DNA of 64,000 nucleotides from positions 96,001 to 160,000 of IMG/VR virus record IMGVR_UViG_3300007734_000761. One strand, given 5' to 3'. Shown piece after piece: positions 44,010 to 52,604 of the stretch (its first letter is position 1; every line of letters starts with the position of its first letter). The translations under genes and the position numbers were made by a program. The DNA is from a virus. The notes under the pieces are model-generated. The model saw nothing but the letters and a program-made list of their open reading frames with translations, did no database searches and was not told where the DNA came from.

Positions 44010-45760
44010 TTTGGTCTGTTCGTTGATTTTACTTTTAAACTAGGAAGTATACCTCCTGCTGAATTTCTTATATCTATTTGATAAATAGTTTCACCTCCTT
44101 CAGGACTGTTAGTAGTAACTCTTACTTCACATGACTTACTTGATATTGATGGATATTTTACTTTTACTTTAGTTACTTCTCCAATAAGTTCATCAATATC
44201 TTCCTTTTTATTTATATCTTTTATATAAAGTTCGCCTGGTTTGATTTGTCTTACATAATAATACCCATAACCATAACTAGATCTTAAGAAAATAATGATT
44301 TTTTGTCCATCATAATCAGTAATATCTTCCCACTGTGCCGGTACTCCTTCTTGTTTAACGTAATTTTCTAAACCCTCTGCTATTTTTTCAGGATTAACAC
44401 CAGTAATTTCAATTATTTTCTTAGTTAAACTATCATCCTTCATAAAACTATCTTCATCAAAATAAATATTTTTATCTGGGCTTTGTTTGATGAATTTTAA
44501 CGTTCCTCCATTATAAATGTAATCACCTTTTGGATCTTTTAATGAAATTTTATAATCTTGACCGTTAGCTTTAATAATAATATCAGCTATTTTTGTGCCT
44601 ATATCTTCAGGTTCTTCTAAACTTGGTTGACGTTTAGTATCTATTTTACCTGTACCTTCTATATCGTCTGCTTTTATAGTTTGAGGATTAATTTCAAGAT
44701 AATCAAAAAGTTGTTTTACTTCTTCATCTTCTATATCTTTTAATTCTTTACCTGCACTCTGTTTTAACTTATCTACAAATTCTTTTTCATAAGCTTCTCC
44801 TTTATTAGCCCCTGATGCTAATATTACACCAACAGGTCCAAACTCAGTTTCAAAACTATACATAGGAAATCTATTGCTACCATAAGGTTTAACATTTATA
44901 CCTGTTTTAGGAGGAATTATTGTAATGTTAGCGTCTGGATATAAAGTTTGTAGTAAAGCTTCGAATTGTTCGCTAGGTATTTTATTTGGGTTTGCTACTC
45001 TTGAACTTTTGTTCATGGGTTTAAATCCAAATTCTTTATTTTCTTCAGAATTTAAAATTCTTTGAACTACTTTACCACTATTTTGACCTATAGAACCTTC
45101 CAAAAGTAAAACTTGTCTTAATGCTATGCGAAACGCCGTTGGGTACTTTTTACCTATTTCTAAAAGCGTCTTTTTTTTTGACTCTACTAGAGGTGTAGTA
45201 GTAGTTTCTTCTGCTGTAGGTAAACTTTCATTTCCTGTTGGTGGAGCTCCCTCTCCTCCTCCTCCTGCGAATGGGTTAGATCCTTCAGAAGGTAATGGTG
45301 TTTCTGTAGATTCATTGGCCATTGCTTCTTCACTTGGTTCAAGTCCTAACGGAGCTCCCATCATTAATAAGCGAGCTATAGCATCAATTGCTCTTCCTCG
45401 TTCTCCTACATTTAATAAGTAGTATTTTTTACCAGCTATTTTAGCAATCCAAGTTCTTCCCATGTAAATCATGTAAAAAAACTGGTTGTTATGTAAAATT
45501 ACTTTAAAAGTTGTAGGTATAGGAGCAATAACGTAAATACCTGTTATATAATCTAAAAAATCATTACTAAGTAATGTTTGGAGAGATTCTTTTAATGTAG
45601 GGTAACTATAGAGTATATAACCTATTGGATCTTCTTCAAATGTAGGAACTTTCTTAGTATCTTTGTTGAACTTTTCAATGTAAGCCTTATCCGTTTCCTT
45701 AGATGTACGGAATTTTTGGTATTCTTCGTCGAATATTTTTTGAAAAGTTTTAATATTCAT
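44006..45760 (-). CDS. Modular protein with a C-terminal PD-(D/E)xK restriction-endonuclease-like domain
   Basis: N-terminal domain (PIPTTFKV.LHN.Q.F), Pro/Glu linker, LVE/LLE sites, then NKG..YE...KIADIII......ISLK. Confidence 0.55.
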   Translation of the reverse strand: MNIKTFQKIFDEEYQKFRTSKETDKAYIEKFNKDTKKVPTFEEDPIGYILYSYPTLKESLQTLLSNDFLDYITGIYVIAPIPTTFKVILHNNQFFYMIYMGRTWIAKIAGKKYYLLNVGERGRAIDAIARLLMMGAPLGLEPSEEAMANESTETPLPSEGSNPFAGGGGEGAPPTGNESLPTAEETTTTPLVESKKKTLLEIGKKYPTAFRIALRQVLLLEGSIGQNSGKVVQRILNSEENKEFGFKPMNKSSRVANPNKIPSEQFEALLQTLYPDANITIIPPKTGINVKPYGSNRFPMYSFETEFGPVGVILASGANKGEAYEKEFVDKLKQSAGKELKDIEDEEVKQLFDYLEINPQTIKADDIEGTGKIDTKRQPSLEEPEDIGTKIADIIIKANGQDYKISLKDPKGDYIYNGGTLKFIKQSPDKNIYFDEDSFMKDDSLTKKIIEITGVNPEKIAEGLENYVKQEGVPAQWEDITDYDGQKIIIFLRSSYGYGYYYVRQIKPGELYIKDINKKEDIDELIGEVTKVKVKYPSISSKSCEVRVTTNSPEGGETIYQIDIRNSAGGILPSLKVKSTNRPK

Positions 45761-46386
45761 TACTTACGACGTAATTTTGCTTTTTCTATTCTTTCACCTT
45801 TAGCAACACCGGCACCAAAAGTATTTTTTTCACCTTTTTTACCAAAACGTTTTGCGTCTCTAGCACGTTTATAATCAGTATCGCCTCTTCCTTCATAGAA
45901 TTGAGCACCTAAAATAACATCTGAGTCAGAAGAACGCATAGATGGCATATCATCCATTTCTTCACTTTCTTCTCCAGCTAAATAATTATAAACTGAGTTT
46001 AGATAGTCCTCTGCTATAGTAAGTTTTGACTGTACCCATGCATCTAACTGTTCTCCATCGTCAATCATATTACACAACTTATCAGTTAAACTTTTAATAG
46101 AACGAAGCTGACCATGAGCCATATCTGATTCATCATCTGGCTGCTTCCAATCATCTTCTTCTAAATCCTCAGCATCAAAAGACATATTTGGTCCTGTTGG
46201 ATTTGGAACTAATGGTTGTTCTTTCATATTTTTAGCAGCACGTAATGCTTTAAAATCAGCACCTGTAATTTTATCTTTAGGTTCAGCTGCAGATGCTATT
46301 TTCATTTGTTTATCAGACAATTCATTAAGCTCTTTTAAAGCTTGCTGCATGCGCCATTCGTGGATGTCAAAATTATTGTTAGTCAT
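45760..46386 (-). CDS. Hypothetical modular head-associated protein
   Basis: N-terminal FDIHEW..LKE|LNE; KITGADFKALR module; MA.GQL....LDAWVQSKLT.AEDYL module. Confidence 0.65.
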   Translation of the reverse strand: MTNNNFDIHEWRMQQALKELNELSDKQMKIASAAEPKDKITGADFKALRAAKNMKEQPLVPNPTGPNMSFDAEDLEEDDWKQPDDESDMAHGQLRSIKSLTDKLCNMIDDGEQLDAWVQSKLTIAEDYLNSVYNYLAGEESEEMDDMPSMRSSDSDVILGAQFYEGRGDTDYKRARDAKRFGKKGEKNTFGAGVAKGERIEKAKLRRK

Positions 46387-46726
46387 TTTTATATTCTGTT
46401 ACTTCGGCGCCTAATACATTAGGCATTTTTTTACGGATATTTTCTAAAATCTTTTTAAGTCTTTCAGAAGTTACTTTACCTTCTTTAGCACTTACCTTTA
46501 TTCCTGTTGAGTCTTTAATCTCAAATTTAAAAGGTGGTTCAGACATTTTTGATTCTTTAGCTAATTTAGAATAGTTACTAGGATTGCTTAACCATTTCAT
46601 AGCACTATTTCTTAAACCTTCTGATTTAAATACAAAACCTGGTGTTAGTACCTCTACTACTTCCTTTTCTTCAGAAATAATACCAGCTAACGCCTGCATT
46701 CTTTTTATTTCAACTGCTGATTGCAT
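46379..46726 (-). CDS. Hypothetical protein with an N-terminal RMQALAGII motif
   Basis: Motif matches the scaffold C-terminus RMQQLAGII. Confidence 0.65.
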   Translation of the reverse strand: MQSAVEIKRMQALAGIISEEKEVVEVLTPGFVFKSEGLRNSAMKWLSNPSNYSKLAKESKMSEPPFKFEIKDSTGIKVSAKEGKVTSERLKKILENIRKKMPNVLGAEVTEYKND

Positions 46727-46727
46727 A

Positions 46728-47072
46728 TTATTTTTCTAACTTTGCCATTTCAGCATAAAGTCTTTTCATTTCGTTATGCATCTTTTCTATTTCACTCATT
46801 GAATTTTCATATCCTTCGTGTGTCATAGTTTCATACATACCTTTTACATTATTATGCATTTCACCCATTTCAGCCATTAATTCTTCTTTTTTCTTTCCTA
46901 CATTAAAGGCTTCAACGATTTCTTTTAATTCGTCTTTAGCAGCTTTAGGATCGTTGGCATAAAGAGCTTTTAAATATTGTTTTACATCTCCTTTAGTGCA
47001 ACCAACTTTTGCACCCATTTTTCCGTCTTTAGTTTTTTTATAGACACATTTTCCTTTGGCTTTGTATGGCAT
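46728..47072 (-). CDS. Hypothetical protein
   Basis: MPYK.KGKCVYKK...KVGC...YL.ALYAN, then LKE; ATATTTAT upstream at 47093-47100. Confidence 0.65.
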   Translation of the reverse strand: MPYKAKGKCVYKKTKDGKMGAKVGCTKGDVKQYLKALYANDPKAAKDELKEIVEAFNVGKKKEELMAEMGEMHNNVKGMYETMTHEGYENSMSEIEKMHNEMKRLYAEMAKLEK

Positions 47073-47087
47073 AATTATAATATTAGT

Positions 47088-47678
47088 TTATGATAAATAT
47101 GTATCAATCTTAGCTCTTTGGTCAGCAATCCATTGTTTAGTTTCTTTTATTTGTTCTGGAGTTAAACCTCTACCATCCCAACTTTCTACTTCTCCAGTTT
47201 CACTCATAACTTTTTCAAAACCATTAGAAACAAAATCATCAAATTCTTTTTCGGTTTGATCTAAAATGTGTAAATGATTTTTAAAATACATATTCTTCGC
47301 GTATTCATCAAAGATACCGGCCAGTTTCATGTTAGTTTCTTCTTTAGTCACGCACTTTGGACATTTATGCGCAAGCTTATAAATATGTTTTACATACTCA
47401 CTTTGTCTAGCTAAAGGTTCACTACATTGAGGACAAGTAAGAGGCATAATATTTGTGTCTTTAAACTTAGCTAACTTACTTACAGTACGTTTTACACCAT
47501 TTTTAATAGTCCACGTTTTACCATTTTCATCCCAAACGTCTCCTTCTTGTCTTTTTACTTGAGATTCATAACCTGCCTGAATTGTAGTTCTATCTCCAGT
47601 TTTTTTCGTAATAATATTACGCATTCGCTGAACTTCACGTTCAGTAAACTGTCTATTTAGTAAAGTTTCTTTACTCAT
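47088..47678 (-). CDS. Hypothetical protein with two CxxC pairs (zinc ribbon)
   Basis: EGDVW.E.GKTWTIKNG, CPQC and CPKC motifs. Confidence 0.7.
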   Translation of the reverse strand: MSKETLLNRQFTEREVQRMRNIITKKTGDRTTIQAGYESQVKRQEGDVWDENGKTWTIKNGVKRTVSKLAKFKDTNIMPLTCPQCSEPLARQSEYVKHIYKLAHKCPKCVTKEETNMKLAGIFDEYAKNMYFKNHLHILDQTEKEFDDFVSNGFEKVMSETGEVESWDGRGLTPEQIKETKQWIADQRAKIDTYLS

Positions 47679-49977
47679 ATTTAAATTTATATAACTTTTT
47701 TATTGATTCTCTTGAGTCTTCTGGATTGTTTTTTATTCCTGTTCCACCAGCTTGAATAAACTGACTAACGTTTGAACCCACATCATCAATCAACATATAA
47801 CCTGGTTTTGCTTCTGTGTGTTTGTCTTTAGCTTGTTTGTATACTCTTCTGTCTTGAGGAATATTTAAATGTTTGTCTACCCATTCATTTTTTCCCTTTT
47901 TAGCATCTCCGTTTGGATCTAAACCTGGTGATGATAATATCCATACTTCTATACCTTTTTCATCAGCTATTTTCATAACGGCCTTATAAAGTTCTTCTCC
48001 ACCTGGATTCCAAGGCATTGTTGACCAAAACTTTACTTTGCCTTTATTAATTATATCCCAAGCTTTATTAGCACCATATTTTCCAATGTATGATTTAAAA
48101 TCTAAATTTTCTTTGTTGTATTTTTTAAATTGATCATCAAAACCAGCTAATACTCCATCTAAATCAAAGTAGATTCTTGTAATAGGAGGATTTGTTTCTT
48201 TAGATTCATTTAACATTCCAATATTATAAATGCTAGGATTTTGTTTTCCATAGTCTCTCATTAATATACCGGCAATAGCATTGGCATCATTTTCATGTTC
48301 ACTACCAGTTTCGCCTGAATCTGGTTGTAATAAGCCCATTTCGTTTTGTTTAGCATGAACTAACTCATGAGCTAACGTGCGAAGAACATCAACTATATTT
48401 CTGTTACTAGGATTGACAAATATATGATGTTTTGATGGAACATATGCTCCAAAACTTGGTTGATCTTCACCATATTCATATCTAATTTCAAACGAAGGAG
48501 GATTATGAATTTGAAGTTCGTTGCAAGCATAAGTCATGAATTTTTCAAAAAGTGAATTTTTATCAACAGACTCATTTAAAGATAAAGTTTTATCTATAAA
48601 AGAATTTTTTAGATTATTAAGTTTTTCTAAATAACCTGTGTTTCTTAAATTTTTAAATGCTAAGTTTTCTAATGAATATTCACCATCTTCATCTAATCCT
48701 GTTTGTCTAAAGTTTTTAAGACGTTCTTTAATTTTATTTGTAAGTTCTATCGCTTTTTCAGGATTATTTTTACCTATTTTTTCTAATTTATCTATTTGTT
48801 GTTTAAATAACTTTGCTTTCTTTTCAATTTCTTCGTCAGGAATATTTATTTCTACAAAAGACGGTTTACGTAACCATTTATCATTCATTAAGCTGTATTC
48901 ACCTCTATATTCAGGATGGTCTTTATTATCTTGAATGTAAACTTCAATATTTTGTTTGCCTAATTTTAAATCATGAACCCTATTCCAGTTAACCTTTGCT
49001 TCATCAAAGTATTTTTTTAACAATTCAGGATTTTCAAATTTGTCAAAATCAACAACAATGTGTAAATCTATGTCAGATGTTGGAGTATAATTATAATTTA
49101 CACTACTTCCTGTTAAAAGAATATCTTCAAACGGTTCAGGTATTTCTAATCCTTCCCAAAAATAATTAGCTACTTTTAATAATAACTCTTTTACTTTTGG
49201 GTCTACTTTATCATCAGTATCAAAAATTAAAGGATTTAATTTATTTTGACTCTTATATTCTAACCAAACCCACTGAGGTTGTTTTTTAGGGTTTGGTTGA
49301 GTTCCTTCTTGTAAACTAGCTGGTTCAGGAAAATTAATTCCTAAAACTCTCTGAATGTCATCTAAGTATCCTTTTTGTATTACTGCTTCAGGAAATAAAC
49401 TTTTAAAGTAGTTATATGTAGTATTATAATCGTTTAATGCTTTTTTATCTCCAGGATTATTTTTTACTTGAAGATATCTTTGTCTTAATTCAGCTATTGT
49501 AGCTCTAAAGTCAGTTCCACTAACTCTATCACCATCACTATCTACAAATTGATCATCTACAATTTCTTCTTGAACTCTATCACCAAAAGCCTCTTTTAAA
49601 CCTTTAAAATATTCTAAATCATCTGCTTCTTTACCAGCAGCAGCAACATAAGCTTCTCTATTTAAGTCATCTCCAAACCATCTATAAAGATCTCTAATAG
49701 GAGATTTAGTCTTAGCAATTTCAACTTTAATTTTTGGATTTGGTTGGGCTTTTAAATAAATGTCCCAAATTGCTTTACTTTGTTCTGCTGTAATTCCACC
49801 TCTTTTACCGTGACCTATTAATACATTTACTTGAGTAATATAAGGTTTTGCTGCTAATTGTTGAGCAGCGGCAAGATGACCTTTATGTGGTGGTTTAAAA
49901 CCTCCAGGATACCAACAAATTTCAGGTTTTTTGGCTACTTCTTCTCCTATTAATTTTCCTATTTCTGCTACGTTCAT
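47671..49977 (-). CDS. Four-domain polyprotein: HIGH cytidylyltransferase-like, Pol-beta nucleotidyltransferase, HExxH metallopeptidase-like and HAD 5'(3')-nucleotidase-like
   Basis: YPGGFKPPHKGH; LLTGSSVNYNY...SDIDLHIVVD; RTLAHELVH.KQ...E..ANA.AG; IYFDLDGVLA.F...ILSS...K..W...LIDD. Linkers are LQE, LNE and LNE. Confidence 0.8.
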   Translation of the reverse strand: MNVAEIGKLIGEEVAKKPEICWYPGGFKPPHKGHLAAAQQLAAKPYITQVNVLIGHGKRGGITAEQSKAIWDIYLKAQPNPKIKVEIAKTKSPIRDLYRWFGDDLNREAYVAAAGKEADDLEYFKGLKEAFGDRVQEEIVDDQFVDSDGDRVSGTDFRATIAELRQRYLQVKNNPGDKKALNDYNTTYNYFKSLFPEAVIQKGYLDDIQRVLGINFPEPASLQEGTQPNPKKQPQWVWLEYKSQNKLNPLIFDTDDKVDPKVKELLLKVANYFWEGLEIPEPFEDILLTGSSVNYNYTPTSDIDLHIVVDFDKFENPELLKKYFDEAKVNWNRVHDLKLGKQNIEVYIQDNKDHPEYRGEYSLMNDKWLRKPSFVEINIPDEEIEKKAKLFKQQIDKLEKIGKNNPEKAIELTNKIKERLKNFRQTGLDEDGEYSLENLAFKNLRNTGYLEKLNNLKNSFIDKTLSLNESVDKNSLFEKFMTYACNELQIHNPPSFEIRYEYGEDQPSFGAYVPSKHHIFVNPSNRNIVDVLRTLAHELVHAKQNEMGLLQPDSGETGSEHENDANAIAGILMRDYGKQNPSIYNIGMLNESKETNPPITRIYFDLDGVLAGFDDQFKKYNKENLDFKSYIGKYGANKAWDIINKGKVKFWSTMPWNPGGEELYKAVMKIADEKGIEVWILSSPGLDPNGDAKKGKNEWVDKHLNIPQDRRVYKQAKDKHTEAKPGYMLIDDVGSNVSQFIQAGGTGIKNNPEDSRESIKKLYKFKYE

Positions 49978-50816
49978 GGTTTAGCAAATGTTTTTACTGC
50001 TCCTACTGCTTCTCTATAATTTAGAGGTTTAATAATTTTTAAAAACTTTTCAACAGTTTTAAATTGATCCTTAATATTTTTAACAGCATCACTAAATTTC
50101 TTCTCTGCTGCTTTTTTCTTTTCTTCTTTTGCCTTTAAAGTTTCAGGATCTGGTAAGTCTTTTGATGTTTTTACATCAGAAGGTTGGGGTTTACTGAAAC
50201 TAGATCTGTATTTTTCTGGATCTGTTTGTATTAACTGTTTAAAGTAATCTTCTAATTCACCTGACTTTAGTACTTTTTCAAATTTATTAACATTTGCTTT
50301 TTCAGCAGGTGATAATTCTGTTTGAACAACTAAATACTCAATACCAGGAATGCTTTTATAGCTACTTATTTGGTTATATACTTTAGCCCAATTATTTAAC
50401 ACAACTTCTTTAGGTAATTTTCTACTTCTATTAAAATTTCTTAAAAAGCTAACAATAGGACTTCCGTAAAGTGTAATAACCATTACTTTATAACCATTTT
50501 GTTGTGCGTTACTCACAATTTCTGCTGTTTCTTTAAAATTTTGTCCTGTAGTATCATAAATAAAATTTTGTTTTTTACTAATAGCATCAGGAATAGCCTT
50601 AGTTCTTATAATAATATTATTTTTACTTATGTTAGGTCTATCAGGATCATCTTCTGGATTAAAAGTATCAGGATTGAATACTCTAAAATCTGAAGGTATA
50701 TTTCTTACTAAATCATTTATTAAAGTTGATTTACCCATTCCTGCTGCTCCTGATAGAATTATTGCTTTTGGTTGTGTGCCAAAAACTTCTAATAACAAAG
50801 ACTGCAGATTAATCAT
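49974..50816 (-). CDS. Tagged (MINLQSLLLE) zeta-toxin/AAA_33-like P-loop kinase
   Basis: PKAIILSGAAGMGKST, FNPD, FIYDTTG, GYKV and RN..R.R.LP motifs. Confidence 0.7.
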   Translation of the reverse strand: MINLQSLLLEVFGTQPKAIILSGAAGMGKSTLINDLVRNIPSDFRVFNPDTFNPEDDPDRPNISKNNIIIRTKAIPDAISKKQNFIYDTTGQNFKETAEIVSNAQQNGYKVMVITLYGSPIVSFLRNFNRSRKLPKEVVLNNWAKVYNQISSYKSIPGIEYLVVQTELSPAEKANVNKFEKVLKSGELEDYFKQLIQTDPEKYRSSFSKPQPSDVKTSKDLPDPETLKAKEEKKKAAEKKFSDAVKNIKDQFKTVEKFLKIIKPLNYREAVGAVKTFAKP

Positions 50817-50820
50817 ACAT

Positions 50821-50828
50821 ATAAATAT
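50821..50828 (-). promoter_or_regulatory. ATATTTAT putative late promoter (start of the tagged array)
   Basis: 4 nt before the ATG at 50816. Confidence 0.65.
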
Positions 50829-50829
50829 G

Positions 50830-51612
50830 TTACATTTCTAGTTTTACTGATGTAGGTAATTTTTCAAATAAAGGTTTTTGATCTGGGTTTTCTAATATAT
50901 AAATGTCGTAAATATTTTTAAACATAGTAAAGTAGTCTTCTAATGGTTTTTCAGGTTGAACAATTTCCCAACCATTGCCTTGCAATTTACCTTCTTTACC
51001 TTTTCGCTTACTACTTTTTAACCATAAAATCCCACTTTCTTCAATTTTTACATCGCTGTGTTCATTCCAAGCATTAGCATAAGCTGATAACTGGAGATTG
51101 TGACTAGTATGTAAACTATTACTTGTTTTAGTATCTAATAACCAAACTTTATCGTTCATTTTTACTACTAAGTCACAAGTTCCAGCATATTTGTGTTCAT
51201 GACTCAATAAATGTATTTCACTAGCTATTAATTCTGGTTTGCAAGTATTCCAAAAATCACTAAATTTCAAAATCATTTTCCAAACTTCTAAACTATAATT
51301 AGCTCGTTTGTTTTCATCTACCCAAACAATTTCTTCACCTTTTAAAAATCTTTCAATAGCATCATGAACTTGAGTTCCTTCTTCACTAGCTCTTCTAACA
51401 ATAATATCACTGTTATGACCTACATCTTTCAACCAACTTTCAAAAAATTTATTTTTAGGATAAAAACCTAAAACTGTAGTTACAGAAGGATAATAGTCTC
51501 CATTTTCTGTTTTGTAAAATCGAGAATCTAAAAAGTTAATTTGTTCTCCTTCGTGTTCAACAATCCTTTTTAAATAAGGATGTTTCTCAATGTTGTGGCC
51601 TTTTTCTATCAT
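50830..51612 (-). CDS. PD-(D/E)xK exonuclease (Cas4/RecB-like phage exonuclease)
   Basis: YPSVTTVL, GT.VH..IE, SE..L, YAGTCD, LDTKTS and QLSAYA motifs. Confidence 0.85.
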   Translation of the reverse strand: MIEKGHNIEKHPYLKRIVEHEGEQINFLDSRFYKTENGDYYPSVTTVLGFYPKNKFFESWLKDVGHNSDIIVRRASEEGTQVHDAIERFLKGEEIVWVDENKRANYSLEVWKMILKFSDFWNTCKPELIASEIHLLSHEHKYAGTCDLVVKMNDKVWLLDTKTSNSLHTSHNLQLSAYANAWNEHSDVKIEESGILWLKSSKRKGKEGKLQGNGWEIVQPEKPLEDYFTMFKNIYDIYILENPDQKPLFEKLPTSVKLEM

Positions 51613-52535
51613 ATATTCATTTTAAGTAACATAATGTCACTAAAAGTTAGTGGATTAGCATTATGTAATTTTTTTGTAAAAGTTTCAAAACCCATTTCAC
51701 TTGGATCTTTATCATCCATATCAACCCAATATACTTCTTTACCGTAATTCGTTAAGGTAAGCGCGTGATCTAACGCGTCTTTTTTAGCATCGCGATCTAA
51801 TGCGATATAAATAGTTTTTACCGAAGATTCAACGAGTTTCTTCATAAGAGCATTAGAAATACTTTTACCAAAGAGAGGAATAGCGTTACGGCGCACAGAA
51901 ATAGCATCAAATGCTCCTTCAACAAGAATAATCGGCATCTCCCAAGATATGAGTGCCTCAAAACCAATAATCTCATTTTTGTTACATTTGGGTGTATCAT
52001 ACTTTCTACTAGCATTCGGATCCATAGTTCGAGCCACGAAATAGTTGATACTATAATTGTTATCATAAGAGGGAATAATGATGCTATTAGCATAAGGTCC
52101 AGTAGATGCATATCCTATGTTGTATTTTATAAGTTCAGTTTCAGTAATGCCTCGTTTTTTTAAATAAACTTTAGCTCTTCTTGCTTCTAAACTTGTGTCT
52201 GCTATTAAGTGTTTAAAATCTTTAGGTAATTGAACTTCTGTGTGTTCTACTTTTAAGTCTTCTTTAGGACTAACACCTAAAATACTTCTTAATTCAAGAG
52301 TTTTTTCTCTAGGTGTTTTTATTTTTTTAAATAAAGTCGGAAGTTTAAGTCCTTTAACGTTACAAACCCAACAGTGATAAGGATTTTCACCTTTTAAATT
52401 AGTTTGTAGTTTTACTTCTAATTTAGGTTTATGATGGTTACAAAAAGGACAATTAAAGGCATAATTACCACTACTAGACTTTTTGCCTTTACCTAATACG
52501 CTTTCAAGACAGTTTAATAATAGTATGTTATCCAT
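51609..52535 (-). CDS. DNA primase (zinc finger plus TOPRIM); likely start MDNILLL at 52535
   Basis: CPFC..H...HCWVC, YL.KRGI, IIIPSY, LVEGAFDA, IALD.DA and KDP motifs. Confidence 0.9.
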   Translation of the reverse strand: MDNILLLNCLESVLGKGKKSSSGNYAFNCPFCNHHKPKLEVKLQTNLKGENPYHCWVCNVKGLKLPTLFKKIKTPREKTLELRSILGVSPKEDLKVEHTEVQLPKDFKHLIADTSLEARRAKVYLKKRGITETELIKYNIGYASTGPYANSIIIPSYDNNYSINYFVARTMDPNASRKYDTPKCNKNEIIGFEALISWEMPIILVEGAFDAISVRRNAIPLFGKSISNALMKKLVESSVKTIYIALDRDAKKDALDHALTLTNYGKEVYWVDMDDKDPSEMGFETFTKKLHNANPLTFSDIMLLKMNI

Positions 52536-52542
52536 TATTAAT

Positions 52543-52571
52543 ACTATAATAAAAAAGGCTTGGAAAACCAA
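52543..52571 (-). promoter_or_regulatory. TTGGTT-N17-TATAGT promoter for primase
   Basis: -35 at 52571-52566, 17-nt spacer, -10 at 52548-52543, 7 nt before the ATG at 52535. Confidence 0.6.
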
Positions 52572-52574
52572 GCC
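52551..52574 (-). terminator. Rho-independent terminator overlapping the primase promoter
   Basis: Minus strand reads GGCTTGG-TTTT-CCAAGCC-TTTTTT. Confidence 0.85.
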
Positions 52575-52604
52575 CTTAATCTTATTTATTTTAATATTTA
52601 ATGT

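Noticed and set aside
50830-51612. Cas4 as part of a CRISPR-Cas locus
   Set aside because: No cas neighbours or array and no Fe-S cysteine cluster; it is an ordinary phage exonuclease beside primase.
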